Shown here in pieces: positions 1 to 11,578 of a stretch of DNA of 64,000 nt. The stretch covers positions 56,236,001 through 56,300,000 of the forward strand of contig NW_024704743.1 in NCBI RefSeq assembly GCF_018977255.1, given 5' to 3'. The notes beneath the pieces were generated by a model. The model saw only the letters and a list, made by a program, of their open reading frames with translations, did not search any database and was not told where the DNA came from. Origin of the DNA: Callorhinchus milii. Its lineage: Eukaryota. Position numbers and translations under genes: made by a program. Each line of letters begins with the position of its first letter. Within the stretch, counting starts at the first letter, position 1.

Positions 1-172
1 TCAAGACCCTTCTCTTCGACTGTGCCTTTGGTCTCACTCCCACCTCTCTGCCTTCCCTCACCCCTACATCACCCCTCCCCTATGCTCGGGCCCTGACATC
101 TGACTGTTCAGCACTTTGGGATGTCCTCCAGACATGAAAGCCACTCTATAAATGTAATTTTGTTGTTGTTGT
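1..172 (+). mobile_element. L2-clade LINE 3' end
   Basis: KTLLFDCAF-like ORF2 end, C-rich UTR, 3' stem-loop remnant, ctctataaat and (TTG)n tail shared with the other L2 copies in the window. Confidence 0.8.
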
Positions 173-306
173 TTATTCTTCTAGTTATACAGTATTTTCA
201 ACCTAAAGTGAATTTAAAGGATTGATGTTTATTGGTTCAATTGCTAAGTATTCTAGTAGAAAAGCAGCTAAAATATTGTGATGCTTTTCTTTCATTTTGT
301 TTGTAG

Positions 307-396
307 ACAAGGCGAATTTACTCCAACATCCTCCAGTTGCAGTTCTTCCACTTGGGACAGGCAATGACTTAGCGAGGTGTCTGAGATCAGGAGGAG
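307..396 (+). CDS. DGKB: Internal exon (90 bp) of a type I diacylglycerol kinase, catalytic domain
   Basis: Flanked by a pyrimidine tract plus ttgtag| and by |gtgaga. Translates (phase 1) as (D)[29 protein letters not shown](G), the [13 protein letters not shown] motif. Family assignment is strong; the paralog (DGKB vs DGKG/DGKA) is uncertain. Confidence 0.93.
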
Positions 397-901
397 GTGA
401 GAGTAATTTTTCATCCATTGAAATGCATCGTGTCCACAGGCAATTGTGCTGAATTCCACAGCCATCAGTTGTATGACTGAGATCAATTCAACAATTCAAA
501 CACAGCTTTTTAGAGTCTTAAGTGTCGACATTTTCCCAGTGTGATGGCAACATTTAATCTGTAATTTTCTAATGTTTACTGAGGGAGTTCTATGTTGTTT
601 GAAAAGGAATTGTTGTGCCTGTCACACAGTATTTGTTGACTGTAAATTGCTAGCTCAGCAGTTCTTGGAGAGAGCAGGATCTGTGCGATGATGCTGTCAA
701 GAAGCAGAAAAATAATTAATCAGGTGGAGGGACTCCACTCGAAATGGTCCATGTGGCAAAAGTGTTTCTTTGGCAGCAAAAGTCACTACATTGGACAGTA
801 AAAACTTGTGAATGGTTTGAGATGCTATAAGAATGCAGCTAATAGCTTCCTTTTTGCTTCTATCAAATATCGGCCTTGCTCAGTTAGAAGCACTCTTGGC
901 T

Positions 902-1219
902 ATAATAATAATAATAATCCTTGCATTTGATATAGCGTTTTCCACTTCTTCTAGACATCTCAAAGCACTTCACAGAATATACTGTAAAATGAATTGACAG
1001 TATATTTGTGGGCGAAACGCGGCAGCCAATTGCACACAGCAGTGTCCCACAAACAGTCGTGGATTGAAAATGACCAATTTATTATTGTTTTGTTTTGGAG
1101 GGATTATTATTAGGCGTGTGGAGTAAGGAATCTTACCCAAGGTTTCACCCTGCCTGGAATTGAACCCAGGTGTCTCGCTTGCAAGGCGAGTGCACTAACC
1201 ACTGAGCTACAGGACTCCA
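902..1219 (-). mobile_element. Young tRNA(Ala)-headed SINE, short subfamily, inserted into an older SINE head
   Basis: Reverse complement gives A box tagctcagtggttag, B box ggttcaattcc, anticodon arm ctcgc-cttgcaa-gcgag, Deu-like body, L2-like tail and (ATT)n. Near-identical copies at 5666, 17126 and 42250. Confidence 0.85.
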
Positions 1220-2435
1220 CAAGCTATGAATCCAAAGGCTGTAGGTTCAAGTGTTGCACAGTCCAAGCTGGTACTCCAATGTAGTCCTGGGAGAGCCTTT
1301 CATGTATAAACAAATGTCTCAGAAAAGTTTTGCAAAATGCACAGATGTAACCAGTTGTTAGGAGCCAAAAAGATTAAGCTTATTATAAATGAGAGCCCAA
1401 AAGAGAAAAGATGGTTCATTGAAACAGTATTCCTTTTAAATATTCTCATACCAGCAAGGTGTTGTATTCAAATGCATGGATTATAACAAATGCATGGATC
1501 GTTATTATATTATTATAATATATGCCCACAACCTCTAGAACTCCCTGCCTCTGTCCCCTCTCCGTCTCTAAAACCCTCTTTAAGACCTATCTCTTTGACT
1601 GCATGTATGATCACCTCCTCTATTCTGCTCCATGTACCCTACTTGTAGGTTTTACACTGCAGGATTCCGATCCCTTTAATTAATACTTGTGCGCTTATAT
1701 ATTTCTGTAATGCAACATTTAGCTAGGTAACAATCCAAGATGGCACGAGTTCCATCATATATCCGCTGAAGGAATAAAAATATTTTTTATGTAGTCAGCT
1801 ACAAACTCGTTGTTAAATTACAAAACAAAATCTACAAGAAAAATCTATCCTTGCGGTGACTTTCTCTGTACATTTATCCCTACTGTGTCTTAACCGCATC
1901 TCAAATGAAAGCATTTGTGGTGCATCGATTCAATGGTGGATGCAAAATAGTTTGTTATAATGTATGCTTCACTCTACCATTCCTTTCCTGCAAGTTCCAA
2001 AGGGAGGACAGATACTTTCTCTATCAGCATTTTATCATAGGATGTTAGAACCTTTCAACCCATTGAGCCTGTTCACGAGTTTATTAGGTCATGGCAGATC
2101 TGTACTACCAATATCCTACCCTTTTACCATTTCCTTTAATACCTCTATTACTCAAGTATCTCTTTTTAAACACCCTTTTGATTCCGCCTTCAGAAATTTC
2201 TGAGGCCGCACATTCACATCTTTGCAATTCTTTGAAGAAAAATGCCCGATCTTGGTTTCCATCTTAATTCTGATTTTAAGAGAACAGTTAATAATAATAA
2301 TTCTTGAATTTGATATAGCACCTTATCAGGTCATCAAGACATCTCAAAGTGCTTTACAGGATATACTGTAAAATGTCACCTCTGTCCTGGTGTTGGTTAG
2401 ACACTAATGAACAGTTCAACTCTTTTTTTATGAAG

Positions 2436-2596
2436 GTTATGAAGGGGAGAGCCTGATGAAGATCCTCAAAGACATTGAGAACAGCACATTGGTCATGCTT
2501 GATAGATGGAACTTTGAGGTGATTCCAAGCAACAAAGAGGAAAAGGGGGATCCCGTGCCTTACAATATCATCAACAACTACTTTTCTATTGGAGTG
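2436..2596 (+). CDS. DGKB: Internal exon (161 bp) of the same diacylglycerol kinase (end of catalytic domain, start of accessory domain)
   Basis: Acceptor tcttttttt-atgaag|, donor |gtaagt, phase compatible with the previous exon. Translates (G)[53 protein letters not shown], closest to recalled DGKB sequence. Confidence 0.94.
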
Positions 2597-3765
2597 GTAA
2601 GTCTATCAAAGGGGTAGGATATTATTCCATGAGCTCAGCTCCTGGAACAGCTGGGACACGATGGGATTCCACTGCTGGAGCTCCATATTGACAACATAGC
2701 AAACGGATGATCCCATTCTGATTTTACACCACGAGGATCAGTATATTTATCAACTCTGACCTAGATTTGAACACTAAGGTTGGTGAACTTGCTGATTCGC
2801 TGAGAACCGTTCCCTGTGCTCACAAGTAATCCCCAATTAAAACCGATGTAAAAGTTGTGTTTGAAATAAGGGTCTCTTTTTATCATTTGTGACTTTGTCA
2901 TCTGAAAATTCTAAGCTCTGTCCCAAGAGTAGAGATGGGTATGATGTTCCAGTATTGACCTTTCAGTGTTGTAGGAGGTGCTGAATTCCTTTGTAATTTG
3001 TGACCTGAATAATCAGTGTGCTGGGAGATGTCATGCCATCTTTTACCCTTGCTACTCCAGAAGATCCAGAGTTATTGTGCATCCACCAAACCAGTAACGG
3101 AGGCTTAAACATATTTTAATTACACAACATAAAAAATACTGGTTTAATAGGGAAATATCTATCTCATTCTCAAGGTTCGGATCATAAATCACCATAAGAC
3201 CTTTGCTGTCATATTTGTAAAGTGCTATCAGTAACTTTCAGTTTGAGTCCTGCTTGTAAACTGGTTCCTCCTATCTAGTGTTCGTTTTATTATAACTACT
3301 AAACCAATTCTTTGTGCTATGGAACCATAACCTCCCAATTTCTTGAAGTACTGCAGATGGTAACCTGGATATAAAAGCTAGTACAGCCTTATATATGCCC
3401 TGGAAATGAAGGCAGGTGTGTAAGCACAGGAGTAGACCAAAGTCAAATCTTGTTAATCTACATGATGTACAGGAGATTGAATGGAGAAATCAGTGTTTGT
3501 GTGTGGGAGACAACCTAGTAATGATTTTGCTGGAGTGATTTTAATTGTCCGTTTCCTATTTTGAAAAAACACTAACCACCTGTCTCTGTATACTCAGCTG
3601 GATTGAGTGACCAAATGTATTTCCCCGGAAAGCAATCCACCAATCAACTAACAACGGGTTTGCTACCTACTGCTAGATAAATCGAGGCGTGTGGAGTAAG
3701 AAAACTTGCCTGAGGTTACTAAATTTTAGCATTATGCATATATTATTATTATTAATCCTTGCATT

Positions 3766-4348
3766 TGGAGTCCTGTAGCTTAATGGTTAGTGCACTCGCC
3801 TCACAAGAGAGGGGATATGAGTTTGATTCCTGACAGAGCAAAACAAAACAACAACGACGAAATTACATGTATAGAGCGCCTTTCACGTCGGGAGAATGTC
3901 CCAAAGCGCTGAACAGTCAGCTGTTGGGGCCCGAGAATGGGGGAGTATATATATATATATACACATGTGGTGTAGGGGTGAGGGAAGGCAGAGCGGTGAG
4001 AGGTAGACCTAAGGCACGGTCGAAGAGAAAGGTTTTGAGACCGGCCTTGAAGGATGCGAGGGAGGAAGTGAGGTGAAGGGACCGTGGGATGCAGTTCCAG
4101 AGTGTGGGCACAGAGAGGCTGAAAACCCAGCCACCGATGGTAGGGTAGGTCAGACGGGAGACATGGAGTAGGCCGGAACCTCATGAACGGAGGGAGCAGG
4201 CAGGTTAGTAGGGAGTCAGCAGCGGCCAGAGAGGTAGGAGGGGGCAAGGCCAAAAAAAACGTTGGGTTTCCTTACTCCACACACCTCTGTTACCTAGCAG
4301 TAAGATGTGATAAGGTGCTATATTAAATGCAAGGATTATTGTTATTAT
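3766..4348 (+). mobile_element. tRNA-headed SINE interrupted by an L2 fragment
   Basis: Head tggagtcctgtagct at 3766. Body resumes at ~4251 (gtttccttactccacac) and ends with aaatgcaaggattatt. Confidence 0.75.
3846..4250 (-). mobile_element. 5'-truncated L2 LINE
   Basis: Minus strand encodes PTLWNCIPRSLHLTSSLASFKAGLKTFLFDRA (L2 ORF2 C-terminus); (TTG)n tail and 3' stem-loop. Confidence 0.85.
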
Positions 4349-5665
4349 ACAAGCACTTTTCATATTGGGAGGACATCTCAAAGTACTTCACAGGATATAC
4401 TGTGAAGTATAGTGACATAAAGCACCCTATTGCTGTATTAGGTGGATGATCTACAATTGATGGGACTATCCGGAGGTAGCAGGTCTTTCAAAAATCCTAA
4501 GCACTCACATCACAGCCCAAACCAATGAGTCTGAACTTCAGTGGTCTCTTTCAGTGTAGCTTGGGTCCCTGCAGTAGGGGATAGCCACAAATTGCAAAGT
4601 AAGTACAGTATGAGAGATTGCCAAGACATTATATAAAAAATTAACACCAATGTTTTTCCTCACCAGTGATATCAAATCAACTCATTACAGAAGTAACTGC
4701 TTGTTGAGCCTTGGCTTAATGAGGATTTCAAGATCTGATCACAGAGATGTAAGAATTTTTTTTCTCTGCTGAATTAAACTGCAGTTCAAAGTGAAATCTC
4801 ATTTTGAATGCCAGTATAATTCAGGTTATGAGCCGGCCAGATGATGTGACAGAGTATGTAATGAGTTTGACTTGTGACATTGTTTTCTGGTGCCATTTCT
4901 ATCGCTGCCTTCTCAACATATATTCGTGCTGGGAGTTCAGTTTGAATACTAATCCTTGAATTTGATATAGCACCGTTCACTTTGGGAGGATAGCTCACAG
5001 CACTCCACAGGATTTACTGCCAAGTAAAATGGCTGTGCACTGTGACAATGTATTTTTTGTAGGAAAAAGCAGCACCCAATCTGTGCACAGCAATATCCAA
5101 CAAACAACCCATTAAATCACCCATTGCGAGCTATTACAGCCACTAAGCACTAAGATCTTTGTCAGTTTTCAAGCTGATCACTCCGAGTGGAGTGGGGGGA
5201 TGAATATCGTATGTGACATCAAGAAGTTATTGGAGACATACTTAACTGCTGGAACACTCCATTGATGCTTGTGATCCTTTAATGTACTTTGGTTCAGTGA
5301 CCCATATTTAATGCAATGAGAACAGTATAATAGGGTGAAAAATGTGACTTTCAATGTGTTATTCATCTTCAAAATACACAGTCATTCCTAACTTTACGAT
5401 GGAGGGTAAATAATTGAAGCATTTGAAGATGGTTGGAACAATACCAACATCATGAGGGATTCTTTGGCCCCAGAGTTGCTTGTGACGTGCATCCTTTACA
5501 CACTTGTTGGTGACTAGGCTCAACATCCTAATTTAATTGCTGCCAAAGCTATAACACGTCTAATAAATATCAACTGTTCTTGTCTGACCCAGGCAGATAG
5601 ATCTCAGTAGCTTTGGAGGTCTTTCACAGGAGAAGATCAATGCAATGGAACACGTTGATCATCAT

Positions 5666-5960
5666 ATAATGATAATAATAATCCTTGCATTTGATATGGC
5701 GCTTTTCATGTCTTCTAGACGTCTCAAAGCGCTTCACAGAATAAACTGTAAAGTGAAACGTGGCAGCCTATTGCGCACAGCAGTGTCCCACAAACAGTCG
5801 CAGATTGAAAATGACCAATTTATTAATGTTTTGTTTTGGAGGAATTATTATTAGGAGTGTGGAGTAAGGAAACTTGCCCAAGGTTTCGCCCTGCCTGGAA
5901 TTGAACTCAGGTCTCTCGCTTACAAAGCGAGTGCTCTAACCACTGAGCTACAGGACTCCA
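5666..5960 (-). mobile_element. Young tRNA-headed SINE, short subfamily
   Basis: High similarity to 902-1219 and 42250-42566; full head to (ATT)n tail. Confidence 0.85.
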
Positions 5961-7950
5961 TATATAAAGTCCTTTGGCTTGTTGGTGTGTTCAAATTCAG
6001 AGGAAAGTTTCCTGATCCGCTTGACCATTTGAAGCTTAAGTTGCGGATGTCTTGACCTGTACAGAAGCAAATGCAACTTTTGCACTAATTTTAAATTGAG
6101 AGCAAAGTCATGATGAGCTATTTGTAGAGCATTTCAGCAAATTCACGGTAGACTGGGATTAGTGCTAATTAATCAGTTTAGTCTGCCACAATCTTTGACC
6201 CAAGTTCACTGCAAAATAAGCCTTATTTTTGTTTGGTTTGTAGAAATTAAACTCAGTACAAACTGTGAGCACAGGCTCACATTGAACTAAGACTAGGCAC
6301 ACAAAAGCAAATGCCTTTTATGGTATGAAAATGAATGGGGATGTCATGGAGAGTCTTGCAACAAATCTCTGTGTACCATGGCTCAAGGTGGGACCTAAAA
6401 TTGTGGATCTAAATTGTGACTTACACCAATCTGAATCTTCTCAATTGACCTGAAGTCAGATTTTCTGAAAGCTGATTGCCAGTGCCATTGAAGTTCATTT
6501 ACTGCTAACAATTGTTTGGAACCTTAAATGTCCAAGAATTGCATCTACCTTTATCACTGTGGTGAATCTGAGATCAATAATACAATGTTTAACTCTTGAT
6601 TGAAAATGTTCTTTGTGGTACAGGGGGAAATATATAGACAGTAATAAAACTACTCAAGTATCAGGATAGCTTTATCTCAGTGCAACATTAATCCTAGTCT
6701 GTTCAACTAAATGAGAAAAAAATTAAATTAACCTTTGTTGCCTCTTTTATTTCCTCTTTTTCACTATTCTCCGCCTGTCCTTCACTCATCAATTTTCTGC
6801 CCATTCTCAAACCTCCTGTTCTAACTTATTTCCTAACATTTCCTAATCTTTAAAAAGCTTTTTTCTTATCATTTCTGTCTTCCCTTCCTACTTTTTACAG
6901 GCTGGGTTTGCACTCAGTGTAAAATATGGCAGATTGAAGGTGACATAGATGATGCCCAGACATCATTTGGTCAGTCTGACATGAAGAAAATGCCGCACTG
7001 GGAAGAAGCCAGGAAATATGTCTGCGGAACTCTTAAGCCTTATGTTTCTAGGATTGCAAGAATTGGTTCATACTACAAGTAAACCAGCCATATATACGTA
7101 TATATATATACACGCATACATCCTAAGGTCCTCAAAGATATTGTGTTTGTAGTCTTACTCAAGTAGTTTTGCATTGATTCTGAAGGCAAACTGGAGCTGA
7201 GTGGCAAGGCTTTTTTTTTTGCATTCATCAGAATTATTTTGCTGTTTTTATGAACCAAATGCAGAATAGTTGAATTGGTCCCGATGTCAGTCAAATCTAT
7301 ACAAGGAGTCAGTATCTCCTTTCCATACCAGAGAACAAACCATACATTTTCTCTGATACATATCTTGCCCCATCCCATTCCCTGCAGCTGGATGAGCAAC
7401 TGATCACGTTCAGTGCAATGAGCAGCACTTATTGCTGTGAAAGGTTGAGGCTACCCACAGACAAACTCTGTGACCTGTCCACATTTGTGAATAATTATTA
7501 AGTGGCTCCATAGCTAATTTTAGAGCGAAATCTTGTATCTGTCCAGCTCTAGACATTATGCAGCATTGTTTTTTCATCTCATAGTTAGCAATAAAGAGAA
7601 GGTTCACCATTCCCAGTACTTTAATTTAAGAAATGAGTAAACTTAGAGAAATTGAACAGTGAATTTTCTAATAGTGAATAACTTGACTGCCTATTTTTTT
7701 CTCTCTTCTTTCTTTTACCCCCTCCCAACTTGGCATGATTGATCCCTATTAAAGACAACACAATCAATTCATCTTTATACTTTAGGGGAAATAAAATTCA
7801 TCTTGTTTCAGTCATTTGGTAAAAATGCTGAATATCTGAAAAGCTCTATGTGAGATGCTACACCAATTGAAAACTGACAAAGTTTGAAGCGCAGCTGCAG
7901 CTAAGTGCTTTATGTCTATCTTAAAAGTGTTTGGCAGATCAACCTCTGGA

Positions 7951-8702
7951 CAACAACAACAAGATTACATTTGTGTAGCGCCTTTCATGTCGGGAGGACG
8001 TCCCAAGGCGCTAGACAGAGTACAGCATTTCATACCTGAGCTGGGGAAGGGGAGGGAGGAGAAGGGGGAAGGCTGATGGCATGGTCGAAGAGGAGGGTCT
8101 TGAGGCGGGATTTGAAGGAGGGTAAGGAGGGGTCGAGGCAGAGTGACTGGGGGATGGAATGCCAGAGATTGGGGGCAGAGTGGCTGAAGGCTCTCCCGCC
8201 AATGGTGGGGCAGGTGGATCGGGGGATGTGGAGCACGTCAGAGCCGGAAGAGCGGAGGGAGCAGGTGGGTTGATAGGGGGTTAGGAGGTCGCACAGGTAG
8301 GGTGGGGCGAGGCCATGGAGGGCTTTGTATATGAGGACCAGAATCTTGAACTGGATCCTCTGAAGGATAGGGAGCCAATGGAGTTGGATGAGAGTGGGGG
8401 AGATGGGGTCACAGAGTTTGGTGTGGGAGAGGACACGGGCTGCAGAGTTCTGGATTATCTGCAGCTGTGGAGGGAGGAGTTGGGAAGGCCGACAAGCAGG
8501 GCGTTTGCATAGTCGAGCCTGGAGGTGATGAAGACATGAACAAGAGTTTCAGCGGCCTGAGGAGTGAGGTACTGGCAGAGTTGTGCAATGTTACGGAGGT
8601 GAGGGAAGGCAGAGCGGATCATGGCTTGAATGTGGGGGAGAAAAGACAGTTGAGGATCGAACAAGACACCTAGGTTCCTGACTGGCTTGGTGGGTTGTAG
8701 TG
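7951..8702 (-). mobile_element. 5'-truncated L2 LINE
   Basis: ORF remnants AAETLVHVFITSRLDYANALLVGLP and GGRAFSHSAPNLWHSIP; (TTG)n tail; likely TSD tggaca (7947-7952 / 8703-8708). Confidence 0.88.
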
Positions 8703-9089
8703 TGGACAGTTATTATATTCACCTTCAGGGGCAGTTGTGATTGGTGTTATGGGTCCAGGCGTGTAAATAGCACCCTTTGCATGCTGTCAACCAGAAATCC
8801 TATCAATCACCATTTTAATTAAAAAAAACAGTATTTCGCCTTACAAAAAGGCACAAATAGGACACCTGATATCTTTACAGGTTTGGAATTGTCGAAGCTT
8901 GCTGCCGTTTCCTCACATTAAGACAACCCTAGCAATAGCTACTAATCATGACACTGTTCTTTTCCGAGAGTTTGGTGCTTTGTATGTACAATCTTAGACA
9001 ATAATTGGTGTATCCAATGGATTGAAAAACTGGGTTTAATTGCTTGCATTTTCAACAGTTTTTTTGTGAAGGTGTTGCTATCTTTCACC

Positions 9090-9105
9090 GGGGGGGGGGG
9101 GGGGG
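9090..9105 (+). repeat. Poly-G run (16 nt)
   Basis: Read directly from the sequence. Confidence 0.9.
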
Positions 9106-9399
9106 AATATTTCTCCATGAAAAATAATGGGGTGAAAATTGATGTGTTATCTATTCATTATCACATTGTTAAACACAGTGAATTAGGCCAGTCGCTAGCT
9201 ATGCGCTTTGAACTTTAAGCCAGTTTCACACTCCAATGTTGTGCTCCCTGGGATGGCAACATAGTATGTCAAATGCAAGAATTATTATTATTAGCTCTTC
9301 CAGAGGCTTTGAGTCTGATCTTTATATGGGTGCAGGAGCATATCATTGAGCTTCTCGTGTTTTCTTTCTGAAAATCCATGTTTAATACCTCTAAATGTG

Positions 9400-9760
9400 A
9401 GGCTTGGCTCTGTTTCGTAGCACTTTTGTTGCTGAATCAAAAGGTTATGGGTCCAAGTCCCATGTCAGGCCTTTGAACTCAGGGTAGACTGACACTCCAG
9501 TACATTACTTAGAGAGTGCTGCATCTCCTCTTCCAGATGAGATGTTAAACCAAGGTCCTGTCTCCCTATTGTTAAAGATCCCATGACATGACTCATTAAA
9601 GAGAAGGGAATTTCTGCCGGTGTCCTGGCCAACAATCGCAAGACAAAATTGGACATTACTTCATAGCTTTTTTTGTGGGAAATTGCTATGCATCTACAAA
9701 ATAAAATTGTGTATTTTCACTTTACACAAAATCTTGTGAAGTGTTTTGACATTCTCCTTG
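9400..9760 (+). mobile_element. Older Deu-domain SINE (SacSINE1-like)
   Basis: Degenerate head (ggctctgtttcgtagcact...gaatcaaaaggttatgggtccaagtccc), gatgagatgttaaaccaagg and tttgtgggaaattgctatgc motifs. Confidence 0.65.
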
Positions 9761-10311
9761 TGTGCGAGGCCTGTGCAGAGATTATTGAAAGAATGTTCAA
9801 AAACCTCAGCGGATTGCATATTTCTATACAGAAGCGAGCAGTTGCCACACATCTAGCGGTGATTAATTAATATGAGTAATATAATTCCTTACTAATCCAT
9901 GATAAATTCAATGAAATGGGAAGAAAATCTCAAATAAATAGATATGTATAGCATTCAAATTTCAGATAGATTATCCTATTAAGCAGAGATTTAATGGCAT
10001 TACGAAAGAACTACTAGATAGTTTTGAATCTAAAAGCCAAAGTTTTCCATCGAACCACAAAAGAAAGGAAAGGTGAAAGGAAGTGTGGCAAAGGAATCTG
10101 GAAAAGGGGATGATTATTTTCAATAGTTCAGCAAAATAATTGAACCTGGGAAATTCAGTGTTTGACAGGACAACCTCTACTTTATTATTATTAAACATGA
10201 ATCACAAACATTTGACTACTTCAGTTAATTGATGCAGATGATTTATCCCATAAGCTAAATTTTTTTCTAAACTAATTGGGTGCACAGATAGGATACAGTC
10301 ATTGTCATGTA

Positions 10312-11578
10312 ATCCTTCCTATATGAGCTCTGGGTACTTAATTTGTGTATTAGTAATGGGGTCTTGAAGATCAAGATCTCTAGCGGGCAGGATTAGTACT
10401 GTGATATTGGTAAGTGCAATTATACCAGCTCTGTGATGAAAGCAAGTTTGCCATCTACTCGATTATTACTGCAGAAAGGTATTACAGTATTTGCAATCAA
10501 GATTTTTTTTAATGAAATTGTATTTCATCGGTCATCAAACAATGAATCAGGTGACCTTTGTTTATTGTGGTCCACTTGCCATCACTCTTGCACCCTTGAT
10601 TCTCCATACAGTGGGCCTCTTGTTCAGGGATTTATTTTGTGAGAGCGTAACTCAATGGAAGCACTCTCACTTCTAAGTCAGAAGGTTGCGGGTTCAAGCC
10701 CCACGTTAGGACTTGGAATCATGTAGTCTGTGCTGACATACCAATGCAGTGCTGGGTGAGTGAGGGGCGGAGGTTACATTGTTGGAGGTGCTGTCCGTTA
10801 AATGAGAGGTTAAACCAAGGTCTCCTCTGCCAAAATCACATGGCACAATTTGAAAAGAGAAAGGAGTTTTTTCCAGTCACCTGGTCAGCAATCCCCCAAA
10901 TAAAATTGGTCACTCACTCCGTAGCTGTTTGTGGGACATTACTGTGTGCAACTGACAGCTGTGTTGTGCCTGCAAAATACAGTCAATCCACTTTACAGTG
11001 TATCTTGTGAAGCACTTTGAAACATCTCAATAACATGATCAGGCTCTATATCAAAGGCAAGGATGATTATTATTATTAGAGGGAGGGAGAGAGAAATGAA
11101 TTGGAGTCCAATTCAAATTGTGCAGCCCAAAACACCCTATAATACTCTTGATCCAGTAGTCTGCTTGGCTCCTAAATTAGTGAATTAGTGGGTTAATAAT
11201 AATATAGCTAAATAAGAAATTAAAATAATAAAAGGGGGAAAAATTATTATTTAGGTAGCATTTAATAAGGCAAGCGTCCATTATTAAAATGGAGGATAAC
11301 ATGTTTGACTCAAAGATAATAGTCGTGCTTTGATTCAGTAAACGTGATCCTGAGCAAATTGAATAGTTACTATGAGTTGATTTTCGAGACATTTATGCTT
11401 TTGACAATAATACCTTTCTGCAGTAATAATCGAGTAGACGATAAACTTGCTTTCATCACAGCTGGTATAATTGCACTTACCAATATCACAGTACTAATCC
11501 TGCCCGCTAGAGATCTTGACCTTCAAGACCCCATTACTAATATACAAATTAAGTATCCAGAGCTCATATAGGAAGGAT
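10312..11578. repeat. Long inverted repeat: arms 10312-10484 and 11408-11578
   Basis: Arms are reverse complements with 6 transitions and one 2-bp indel, by manual alignment. Confidence 0.92.
10640..11078 (+). mobile_element. Older near full-length Deu-domain SINE inside the inverted-repeat spacer
   Basis: gcactctcacttctaagtcagaaggttgcgggttcaagcccc head, gctgtttgtgggacatt body, (ATT)n tail. Confidence 0.75.
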
